From an uncultured Ruminococcus sp. (GTDB taxonomy: Bacteria > Bacillota > Clostridia > UBA1212 > UBA1255), in contig CADBOE010000124.1 of the NCBI GenBank assembly GCA_902796205.1, positions 1-37,751 on the forward strand: DNA of 37,751 nucleotides, written 5' to 3'. The notes under the pieces were generated by a model. The model searched no databases. It was given only the letters and a program-made list of their open reading frames with translations, and was not told the origin of the DNA. Numbering within the stretch: position 1 is the first letter of the stretch; each line of letters starts with the position of its first letter. Shown piece by piece: positions 1 to 8,050 of the stretch. The position numbers were made by a program, and so were the translations under genes.

Positions 1-230
1 TGAAACCGCCACAGAATTTTCAGCCGCAAACGCGGTTTTTTTCCCAAATGCGGCTGAAACCGCCACAGAATTTTCAGCCGCAAACGCTGTTTTTCCCAAA
101 ATGCGGCTGAAACCGTCACAAAATTTTCAGCCGCAAACGCGGTTTTTTCCCAAATGCGGCTGAAACCGCCACAGAATTTTCAGCCGCAAATGCTGTTTTT
201 TTTCCAAATGCGGCTGAAACCGCCGTGAAA
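1..230 (+). repeat. Tandem array of a 53-54 bp unit, truncated by the window edge: 4 full copies plus 1 partial. Each unit carries the hairpin TGCGGCTGA-N17-TCAGCCGCA.
   Basis: Unit boundaries read directly: 1-54, 55-107, 108-160, 161-214, and a partial copy from 215. The 9-bp inverted repeat is conserved in every copy. The flanking AACCGC/GCGGTT pairing is intact only in copies 1 and 3. A T-run (T5-T8) follows about 7 nt after each stem. Confidence 0.85.
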
Positions 231-231
231 T

Positions 232-305
232 GCAACCCGGGTCTGTCCCCCGTTGCATCCTCCCGGGGACAAGGCTGCCGCAACCCGGGTCTGTCCCCCG
301 TTGCA
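232..305 (+). repeat. Two copies of the dispersed ~26-bp repeat GCAACCCGGGTCTGTCCCCCGTTGCA (family 'REP-like A', forward orientation)
   Basis: Identical 26-mers at 232-257 and 280-305. An inverted partial core (GGGGACA, 265-271) lies between them. The same core recurs at four other intergenic loci in this window. Confidence 0.9.
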
Positions 306-421
306 CCCCCGTCGCATTGCCGGCATACCGCGATTTCTGAACGGCGCCGCCCGCTGATCGACGCATATTTGGCTCCGTCCGGTCACTGAGGTTTGACAAA
401 ATATTCTTTTTAAAGTCTCAG

Positions 422-446
422 AATTGTCACAATTGAATTATATAAT
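422..446 (+). promoter_or_regulatory. Perfect palindrome AATTGT-C-ACAATT (422-434) immediately upstream of a consensus -10 TATAAT (441-446); possible operator plus promoter of the htrA-like gene
   Basis: The palindrome and TATAAT were read directly. No good -35 lies at 16-18 bp spacing; TTGACA at 393-398 is too far. A 7-bp-stem hairpin (455-461/467-473) sits in the putative leader. Confidence 0.3.
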
Positions 447-514
447 CCGATCGAGCCCGTGAGGAACACGGGCGCAGAAAACCGATACGCACCATCCAGG
501 AAAGAGGGATACAA

Positions 515-1942
515 ATGAACGAATCAGACGGTTTCAACGACGTTAACAATTACGGTAATTATAATCATTTCAGCGGTTCGGACAATTTCATAAGACACGA
601 AGAAGTAACGGGAGCGGCTGAATACGTCGCGGCGGAAGCGAGACGTGAACAGACTCCTCCGGCTGCTCCGGACAACAGGTCGCCGAAGAACGGTTCCGCG
701 CAGCAGAAATCTTCGGTAAAAATACATCCCGCGGCACTTGTCGCCATCTGCCTCGTATGCGCCGTCCTCGGCGCGTCGCTCTGCCTCGGCGGATACAAGC
801 TGATACGCGGAGACGACACCAGAGCGATAATTGTTTCCGGAAAAGAAACGGGCTCAGGAACCGCAATGTCGGTCACGGGCCAGACCTCGGACCAGTCCGC
901 CGGAAAAACGGCTGAGCAGACTTCACAAACGTCTTCGCAGGTAACGATAAAAGTTGACGGCGTAACGTCGCCGGCAACGGCTGTCGCGGCAAAGGTACTG
1001 CCGTCCGTCGTCGGGATACAGGTAAAAGTCACGTCGACGTCGTGGTACGGCACTTCCGTCTCCGGCGGTCAGGGCTCCGGCGTAATACTTTCCGAAGACG
1101 GATACATCATTACCAACTATCACGTAATAAGCTCGGCCGTTACGAGCACAGGCGAACCGAATCCGAACGCGGATCTGACGGTTTATCTGTACGCCGACCC
1201 GGAAACGCCTGTCCCCGCCTCGGTCATAGGATACGATCAGAGCTCCGACCTCGCGGTCCTGAAAATAGAAAAAAGCGGCCTGACCGCTATTGAAATCGGC
1301 GATTCCGACAGCATCAGCGTCGGCGATACGGCAATAGCCATAGGCAATCCCGGCGGACTCAATTTCATGGGCTCGGTGAGCCAGGGAATAATCAGCGGCC
1401 TGAACCGCTCCATTCAGATCGACTCTTCGTATAAATCCATCAAACTGATCCAGACCGACGCCGCCATCAATCCCGGCAATTCCGGAGGCGCTCTGACGGA
1501 TATCGAAGGAAAGCTGATCGGCATAAACAGCGCGAAGATCGCTCTCGAAAACTATGAAGGAATGGGCTTCGCGATCCCCGTAAAGGACGTTGTCAGCATA
1601 TGCACGGACATCATCAAAAACGGCAGCACGTCCTCGCCGTACCTCGGGCTCGAGATAAGCAGCGATTATTCGGCTTCTTATCTTGAAAGGCTCGGTTATC
1701 CGGGAGGCCTGCTCGTAAGCTCGGTCATCGCCGACAGCCCTGCGGCCAGAGCGGGAATCGAAGAAGAGGACATCATCGTCTCGTTTAACGGAACGGAAAC
1801 GAAATCGACGGAGGACCTCGTGGCAGCGAAAAACAAATGCAGCCCGGGAGACACCGTAAAGGTAAGGATCTACAGATTGACGAGCTCCAGATTCGGACGC
1901 TGGACGGGCTCGTATTACGACGTGGAAGTCACCCTCGGCTGA
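515..1942 (+). CDS. htrA: HtrA/DegP-family trypsin-like serine protease with N-terminal membrane anchor and C-terminal PDZ domain
   Basis: 475-aa ORF with RBS GAGGGA 6 nt upstream. Catalytic-triad contexts are TNYHVI, SDLAVLK and GNSGGAL. A TM stretch (AALVAICLVCAVLGASLCLGG) is present. The C-terminal PDZ-like region is YLGLE...GGLLVSSVIADSPAARAGIEEEDIIVSFNG. Confidence 0.92.
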   Translation: MNESDGFNDVNNYGNYNHFSGSDNFIRHEEVTGAAEYVAAEARREQTPPAAPDNRSPKNGSAQQKSSVKIHPAALVAICLVCAVLGASLCLGGYKLIRGDDTRAIIVSGKETGSGTAMSVTGQTSDQSAGKTAEQTSQTSSQVTIKVDGVTSPATAVAAKVLPSVVGIQVKVTSTSWYGTSVSGGQGSGVILSEDGYIITNYHVISSAVTSTGEPNPNADLTVYLYADPETPVPASVIGYDQSSDLAVLKIEKSGLTAIEIGDSDSISVGDTAIAIGNPGGLNFMGSVSQGIISGLNRSIQIDSSYKSIKLIQTDAAINPGNSGGALTDIEGKLIGINSAKIALENYEGMGFAIPVKDVVSICTDIIKNGSTSSPYLGLEISSDYSASYLERLGYPGGLLVSSVIADSPAARAGIEEEDIIVSFNGTETKSTEDLVAAKNKCSPGDTVKVRIYRLTSSRFGRWTGSYYDVEVTLG

Positions 1943-2885
1943 GCTTAGCCGCGGCGGTAATGGCTGAGAGGATGCCGTCCGCATCCTCCCATTCGACCCA
2001 TCCGGGGCGTCGGAACCACGTAAGCTGGCGCTTCGCATAATTTCGCGTATTCTTTTTGATCTCGCATATGACGGCGTCAAGTCCGGCTTCTCCGTTAAAA
2101 TACGGCAGAAACTCCTTGTATCCGATAGCCTGGGAAGCGGTCCTGCCCGGATTCCGCGAAAAAAGAGCTTCCGCCTCACGTTCGAGGCCGCTCTCCATCA
2201 TGACGTCAACACGCCGGTCGATCCTGTCATACAGGACCGGCCGGTCCGTTTTTATCCCGAACACTCTGTAAGCCGCGAAAACAGGCTTTGAACGCGACGC
2301 GGCATTACGCTCGGCGAGAGTAAGACCTGTGAGTCTTTTCATCTCCAGCGCCCTTATAACGCGCTTCACGTTGTTCTCGTGAATGCCTTCCGCCGCGGCC
2401 GGATCCTCGGCCCGGAGCATGAGATGCAAGGCGTGCGCGCCGTTTTTCCCGGCATATTCCGTAAGCTCCGCCTGAAGCGCGGGGTCGGCTTCCGTCTGAT
2501 CGAAAGAGAGGTTGTCAACGAGCGCGCTTATGTATTGTCCCGTTCCGCCTGCGACGACAGGCACCTTCCCTTCCGCGTGTACCCGGGCAATGATTTTTTT
2601 CGCGTCCTCTACGTATTGCGCGACGCTGTACTCCTCCGAGGGGTCAAGAAAATCAAGCATATGGTGTGGCACTCCGCGCTTCTCTTCATCCGTCGGCTTC
2701 GCGGTGCCTATATCCATAAAACGGTAGATCTGCATCGAATCAGCCGAAATGACCTCCCCGCCGAGCATGAGCGCGGCCTCGACGGCGAGAGCCGTTTTCC
2801 CGGACGCGGTAGGTCCGGCGATGCAGATAACCTCCGGGATCCCGGCGTCCTTCGTCATACCGTCGCGGCCCGGCGTCACAGACAT
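1929..2885 (-). CDS. miaA: tRNA dimethylallyltransferase (MiaA)
   Basis: P-loop IAGPTASGKT and the motif DSMQIYRFMDIGTAKP. The start is taken at ATG 2885, which has RBS AAAGAGG 8 nt upstream and overlaps the mutL stop codon. The longer ORF start (2951) would lie inside mutL. An alternative ATG is at 2858. Confidence 0.9.
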   Translation of the reverse strand: MSVTPGRDGMTKDAGIPEVICIAGPTASGKTALAVEAALMLGGEVISADSMQIYRFMDIGTAKPTDEEKRGVPHHMLDFLDPSEEYSVAQYVEDAKKIIARVHAEGKVPVVAGGTGQYISALVDNLSFDQTEADPALQAELTEYAGKNGAHALHLMLRAEDPAAAEGIHENNVKRVIRALEMKRLTGLTLAERNAASRSKPVFAAYRVFGIKTDRPVLYDRIDRRVDVMMESGLEREAEALFSRNPGRTASQAIGYKEFLPYFNGEAGLDAVICEIKKNTRNYAKRQLTWFRRPGWVEWEDADGILSAITAAAKLSRG

Positions 2886-5017
2886 CTGCGGAACCTCTTT
2901 TCGAGCTCGTGCTGCGTTATTCTGACGACGATCGGTCTCCCGTGGGGGCACGTCGCCGAATTTTCAAGAGCGGCAAGGGAAGCAAGAAGCCCTTTTATCT
3001 CATCCGTTGACAACGCGTGATTCGCTTTCACGGCGGCTTTGCACGCCATGGTATCGACGGCCTCGACGCGGAAAACGTCCTTCGCGCTTCCCTTGGCCGA
3101 CATCGCGGCTCTCACTCCGCTGAGCAGCAGATCCTCCGGATCCGCTTCGGTAAGCGCCGAAGGCAGCGCCCGTATAAGTACGGTATCGGGGCCGAAATCG
3201 TCTATTTCAAATCCGATTTTTGAAAATTCACCGATATTGTCGTCAAGCCATATTTTCTCGGCGGGACTCATTCTGACGGTAACCGGAACGAGCATGGGAC
3301 TCACCGGCATATCCGCGTCAGCGCGGTCGAGGGCGTTCAATATCGATTCATATTTGATCCGCTCGTGGGCGGCGTGCTGATCGATAACGGCCAGTTCGCC
3401 GTCAATCTCGATCAATATATACGTTTTCAGATATTGCCCGATTATCCTTCCGCGGGTATATACGTCCGTCTCGTTATACGTTCCTGTCCCGGCGTCCGCC
3501 GGCACGCCGGCGGCTGAGTCGGAAGAGACGTTGCCGATCGGGAAAAAGGATGCGGCGGTCGGCTGCTCCGCGCCGGGCGGAACCGTCCCGCGCGCCGTGC
3601 CCGGGTCAAACGCGTTCCCGGCCGTTCCGGGTTTATTCGCGTCACTGTCCGCGTCACTGTCCGCGTCGCTGTCCGGGTACGCGTCGGTATATGCGTCCCC
3701 GCCGGCGTCCCTGCGGGCTTTCGCGTCGGCCCCGGCGCCGCCGCCCCTGTCAGCATCCGCGCCGGCATACGTATCGTATTTGCCCGCGTCCGCGGCAGGC
3801 GCGTTTCCGGCTTCCGCTGCGTACGGGGCAAAATTAATCTCATTTTTATTTTCTGAAAGCGTCAATTGCTCATTTTTACCCCCGAAATCGTATGATTTCC
3901 ACACGCCGGAGGAGTTTTCCACAGACTTTTCCACATCAGAAACGCCGGGATAAGCATTTATTTGCGGTATTCCGTCCGCCGCCGAAGCACGGCTCTCCGC
4001 TCCGGGCAACTCAGTTTGCCCGTGAACGCGGTTTTCCGAAAGGAGGGCGTTTTTTATGCCGTTATATACCGTACTGAACACGCTCCTGTCGGACGCGAAT
4101 CTGACCTCGGTCTTCGCGGGATGGACGTTAACGTCGATTTTAGACGGCGGCACCGTGACGTCGAGTATGCACATCGGAAACTGATGCTTCATCGCGACCG
4201 TCCTGTACGCCTCGTCCACGGCGGAAGAGAGAGCCGCGCTTTTCACGGAGCGGCCGTTAACGAAGAAATACTGCCTCCCGCGCGTGCCGAAAATATTGCT
4301 CCTGACACCGGCAAAACCTTTTACCGTATTCTCTCCGTCGGTATATGCAACAGGCAAGAGATCGGACACGGCTTCTTTCCCGAAGATGCTGTACACTGCC
4401 GATTCAAGGCCTCCGCCCGGGGTCCTCAATATTTCCTGTCCGTTTGAAATGAGCCTGAACGAAACGTCCGGATTTGAAAGCGCCGCTTTTTCGATGACGT
4501 CGGCAACGTATCCGGCCTCGGTGGAATCCTTTTTCAGAAATTTATATCTCGCCGGCACGTTGTAGAACAGATCCTTCACGGTGAGAACCGTCCCCTTCGG
4601 GCTTCCGCGCCGCGAACAGTCGAGCAGCTCCCCGCCCCTGATGCGCACGTAAACGCCCTGCTCGTCATTCTCCGTCCTGCTAAGCAATTCGACGTCGGCA
4701 ACGGACGCGATCGACGCGAGAGCCTCTCCTCTGAATCCGAGCGTGCCCACTTCAGCGAGGTCCGCTCCCGTCTTTATCTTGCTCGTGGCATGCTTGTCAA
4801 ACGCGATAACGGCGTCGTCGGCATCGAAACCGCAGCCGTTGTCGGTAATGCGAATGTATTTGATGCCGCCCGACCTGATCTCGACGGTGACGGACGTCGC
4901 TCCGGCGTCAATTGAATTTTCTACAGTCTCCTTTACGACGGACGCCGGTCTTTCTATAACTTCGCCGGCTGCGATCTGGGACGCGGTAAGTTCGTCGAGT
5001 ACTATGATTTTTCCCAA
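2876..5017 (-). CDS. mutL: DNA mismatch repair protein MutL with an unusually long low-complexity inter-domain linker
   Basis: The N-terminal GHKL ATPase signature is IAAGEVIERPASVVKETVENSIDAGA...GFRGEALASI. The C-terminal dimerisation region is QYLKTYILIE...AVIDQHAAHERIKYE. The start is TTG with RBS GGGAGG 8 nt upstream. The linker includes DSDADSDADSDA. Confidence 0.93.
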   Translation of the reverse strand: MGKIIVLDELTASQIAAGEVIERPASVVKETVENSIDAGATSVTVEIRSGGIKYIRITDNGCGFDADDAVIAFDKHATSKIKTGADLAEVGTLGFRGEALASIASVADVELLSRTENDEQGVYVRIRGGELLDCSRRGSPKGTVLTVKDLFYNVPARYKFLKKDSTEAGYVADVIEKAALSNPDVSFRLISNGQEILRTPGGGLESAVYSIFGKEAVSDLLPVAYTDGENTVKGFAGVRSNIFGTRGRQYFFVNGRSVKSAALSSAVDEAYRTVAMKHQFPMCILDVTVPPSKIDVNVHPAKTEVRFASDRSVFSTVYNGIKNALLSENRVHGQTELPGAESRASAADGIPQINAYPGVSDVEKSVENSSGVWKSYDFGGKNEQLTLSENKNEINFAPYAAEAGNAPAADAGKYDTYAGADADRGGGAGADAKARRDAGGDAYTDAYPDSDADSDADSDANKPGTAGNAFDPGTARGTVPPGAEQPTAASFFPIGNVSSDSAAGVPADAGTGTYNETDVYTRGRIIGQYLKTYILIEIDGELAVIDQHAAHERIKYESILNALDRADADMPVSPMLVPVTVRMSPAEKIWLDDNIGEFSKIGFEIDDFGPDTVLIRALPSALTEADPEDLLLSGVRAAMSAKGSAKDVFRVEAVDTMACKAAVKANHALSTDEIKGLLASLAALENSATCPHGRPIVVRITQHELEKRFRRCL

Positions 5018-5051
5018 TGTTAACGCCTCCCGTTAAATGACGCGGGCAATC

Positions 5052-8012
5052 CTACCTGCCGCGCTTTTTCCTGATAATTATCACCGCAGCGACTGTGGCG
5101 GCAGCCGCTATCGCGAGCCCGGCCGCGACCGTTCCGGCGATAACGCTTCCCCTGTTCTTTCCGGCTCCGTTTCCGGCCGGCGGCTCCGACGGAGCTCCCG
5201 GTGTCGGCACTTCGGTATCGTCGATTTCCGACATCGGATTTTCAACTGTTTCAATATCGTATTTTACAGTTTCACCCGTTCCTGCGCCGTTCTCCGGAAG
5301 CTCCTTCCCGACCTCCGAAAGCATTGCCTTCATCGCGCGGTCGAGCTGCGACTGAGTGGCGTCGGGATCGGCCAGAAGCCGTCCGGCCTCTTTGTAACCG
5401 GCGCTCTCGGGATCTCCTCCCGAGGAAATGAACAGCGCCATCAGCTCCTCCGCCTCGCCGGAGTCTTTTACCGGACTTCCGTAAACGGCGATATCGCCGA
5501 GCTGGAGCATATAGCCGTCGGCGGACGTGTTTCTGAGCTTCGTCGCCTTGAACATCAAGTATCTGCCGGCGGGCTTTCCGGACGGCTCCGCGACGTATTT
5601 TCCGTCCGGCTCGCTGCTATTCGTTTCGGAGGCGACGGCAGTCCATTCGATCTGGTCGCGCGAGACCAGGATCTCGAACGCCCGCGGCCAGCAGCCGAGC
5701 GGCGTCACTTCAATGCGAGAAACGGCAAAAACGTCGCCGAGGTCGATAACGGCAAATTCGGTGCAATCCCCGGAATCCATGTGGATCTTCACGTTGGAAG
5801 TCCATCCCTTCGCCGGATCGCCGTCGACAAGGAATTCGGGCCACCATCCCCATACCCGGTAGCTCGTATCTGTCGGATATGACGAGACGGTAACTTTTCT
5901 GCCGCGCGCAATATTTTTCCCGGCGCTGTATTTCACGACGTCCTTCCCCCTCGGAGACGCCTCGCTTTCAACAATGGTCTCTGGGCCCGGGAGCGTCCCG
6001 TCGTCGTTGTAGATTTCTATCTCGCAAAGCTCGGCGGCGCCGTCCTTCATACCGCTGATAACGATCCTTACGTATCTTGCGCTGATCACAGAGGTCTTTA
6101 CGGACGGGACGGCCGTCCCTTTTACAGCAAAATCTTTTGCATACGCAAGCTTGTACCATTGCTCGCCGTCTCTGGAAACGGATATCGTAAATTCGGAGGG
6201 GAAAGCAGTCCCGTAGCTGAATCTGTTTCCGGCCGGATACAGGTCGATCCGGTTGAATTCGACTTCCCTGCCGAAATCCGCGACGATAACGCCGGTCCCC
6301 GTTCCTTCAGCCGTTCTCCAGCCGTTGACGTCGCCCGTCGAAAAACGTTCTCCGTCGTTGAGCGCGCTCATATACCAGCCGCCGCTACCGATGGAGGAAT
6401 CGCACGATATTTCGGCGCGCAGAGCGAGATTCTCGCCCGCGGCGGGCTTCCATTCGCGGCGCTCCGAAAAATCGAAGCCTTCAGGCAGCACGAATATGCG
6501 GGCGGCGCCGGCCTCGAGCTCGACCGAAACGGAATTGTCCCCGCCGTCCATCTCCTGAGAATAGATTTTGCCGTCCTTTTCGGAAAGATATTCGAGAGAT
6601 CTGATCCCGCTTTCGAATATAAGAGTGAAGGATTTTTTCTTCGTGAAATTGTTGTTCACGACCATCAGATAGTTGCGGCCGTTTTCGCGGTTGCGGAGAT
6701 AAGCCGCCGTGACGTCAGCCTTCCCCTTCGTGTGTACGAAAAAGTCGTCGGGGATCAGTTCCATCGCTCCGTATTTGTTGCTGCCCTGGTAGACCTCGAG
6801 GCTGTCGCATTTAGCGAGCACGGGGCCGACGTTCTTCACTTCTCCGTTAAGGCGGCAGATGAATTCGTATTTGGGATTCGGGACGCCCTCGTAGCTGATG
6901 ATGCCGTCATCGAACGGTTCGCTCCTGTTATACGGGGTGAACCACGTGAAATATGAAAGCTGCTTTACGCCGAATGCGAGAGCCATATTGATCTCGTAAC
7001 GCGTCTCGGCCTCGTTCGGCGACCTGAAGGCGACGCTCTGCTCCACGGACTGGATGTACGTTCCCGTCTTCACGCCGTTTTTGAGACCGATCTCGCGCAC
7101 GGCGTTCAGGTTCAGCAGGAAGCCCGTTCTGTTCATTGAATTCTTCTCAAGTCCGAAAGGATAGAGGTCGTACATGAGATAATCCTGCTTATAGCCCGTT
7201 CCGGCGCAGAGCTTCAGCCAGTCGTTCATCTGCGCTTTATACGTTTCTATCGAGCTGTAAGCCCCGTACGGCAGGAAATTGAGGTGCATGTACGAGGCGG
7301 GGTCGGCTTCCTTCAGCGCCCTGTAGGCATTCAGAAACACGTTCGGGTTCAACGGCTCGTCGAGCATGTAGTAGCCGTTCGCGCCGGGAATGTTTCTGTA
7401 TTCGTTCACTATCTTTTTTATGGCGTCCGGTTTGAGATTGAGAAGATTGGCTCCGAGCCGGTCGTCGGCCACCGTCATGTGTATGCCGTATTTGTAGCAC
7501 AGGTCGAGCATTTTGAGCTGGATGCTTTTCGCCCCGAGGTTGTCGCCCGAGCTCATCACCCAGGTGATCCCGGCGTCCGCCATATATTTGTATTGCTCGT
7601 CCGTGATATATTTCCGCGTCGGAGGCCAGAAGATCGAAATCATTATGTCGTCGTCGAAGCTGTATTCCTTTTCGACAACGTAGATCCTGCATTTGTATTC
7701 GTTGCCGCCGCAGGACGCGGTCACGTCGGCGATGCCCTTCGAGACGCCTTTAACGTTTCCTTCCCCGTCCACTTCAACTATGCCGCTGTCCGACGAGGTC
7801 CAGCCGACGGTTCCGGAGGCGTTTTTCAATTCGAGCCTGTCAGTTTCGCCGATGACAAGCTCAAGCGCGAAACGGTCAAATTCGGGCGTTTTCGCGGAGG
7901 CTTCGGCTCTGTTTCCGGCTATGAGTGCAACGAGCGAGGCGGCGATCGCCACGGCGAACAAGATGCACGTCATCATAAGGATCATCCTTCCGTTCTTACA
8001 GTGTCTGTACAT
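5052..8012 (-). CDS. Secreted multidomain carbohydrate-active protein. Order of parts: signal peptide, Big_2-like Ig domain, TIM-barrel glycosidase-like domain, two F5/8 type C (CBM32-like) domains, FIVAR-like helical segment, C-terminal TM anchor.
   Basis: RBS AAGGAG lies 5 nt before the ATG. The N-terminal hydrophobic signal ends AEA-SAK. The Big_2-like stretch is GETDRLELKNASGTVGWTSSDSGIVEVDGEGNVKGVSKGIADVTA. A YYMLDEP motif is typical of clan GH-A acid/base regions. Two discoidin-like blocks end ...AELCEIEIY and ...LQLGDIAVYG. The C-terminus is GSVIAGTVAAGLAIAAAATVAAVIIIRKKRGR with no LPXTG. Confidence 0.75.
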   Translation of the reverse strand: MYRHCKNGRMILMMTCILFAVAIAASLVALIAGNRAEASAKTPEFDRFALELVIGETDRLELKNASGTVGWTSSDSGIVEVDGEGNVKGVSKGIADVTASCGGNEYKCRIYVVEKEYSFDDDIMISIFWPPTRKYITDEQYKYMADAGITWVMSSGDNLGAKSIQLKMLDLCYKYGIHMTVADDRLGANLLNLKPDAIKKIVNEYRNIPGANGYYMLDEPLNPNVFLNAYRALKEADPASYMHLNFLPYGAYSSIETYKAQMNDWLKLCAGTGYKQDYLMYDLYPFGLEKNSMNRTGFLLNLNAVREIGLKNGVKTGTYIQSVEQSVAFRSPNEAETRYEINMALAFGVKQLSYFTWFTPYNRSEPFDDGIISYEGVPNPKYEFICRLNGEVKNVGPVLAKCDSLEVYQGSNKYGAMELIPDDFFVHTKGKADVTAAYLRNRENGRNYLMVVNNNFTKKKSFTLIFESGIRSLEYLSEKDGKIYSQEMDGGDNSVSVELEAGAARIFVLPEGFDFSERREWKPAAGENLALRAEISCDSSIGSGGWYMSALNDGERFSTGDVNGWRTAEGTGTGVIVADFGREVEFNRIDLYPAGNRFSYGTAFPSEFTISVSRDGEQWYKLAYAKDFAVKGTAVPSVKTSVISARYVRIVISGMKDGAAELCEIEIYNDDGTLPGPETIVESEASPRGKDVVKYSAGKNIARGRKVTVSSYPTDTSYRVWGWWPEFLVDGDPAKGWTSNVKIHMDSGDCTEFAVIDLGDVFAVSRIEVTPLGCWPRAFEILVSRDQIEWTAVASETNSSEPDGKYVAEPSGKPAGRYLMFKATKLRNTSADGYMLQLGDIAVYGSPVKDSGEAEELMALFISSGGDPESAGYKEAGRLLADPDATQSQLDRAMKAMLSEVGKELPENGAGTGETVKYDIETVENPMSEIDDTEVPTPGAPSEPPAGNGAGKNRGSVIAGTVAAGLAIAAAATVAAVIIIRKKRGR

Positions 8013-8050
8013 AACTACTCCTTTTTTCTGTCGCCGTGAACGGCGTTGTC

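Noticed and set aside
127-399. ORFs running through repeat loci (127-399, 9977-10444, 10050-10409, 13361-13876, 21518-21871, 21921-22130) with recurring QRGTDPG / NGGQTRV / ATGDRP peptides
   Set aside because: The recurring peptides are translations of the REP-like DNA repeat in different frames and orientations. They have no RBS and no protein-like composition.
1929-1942. A 14-bp overlap of the convergent htrA and miaA 3' ends with no terminator between them
   Set aside because: The overlap is real, but short convergent overlaps are common in compact genomes. Nothing further distinguishes it.
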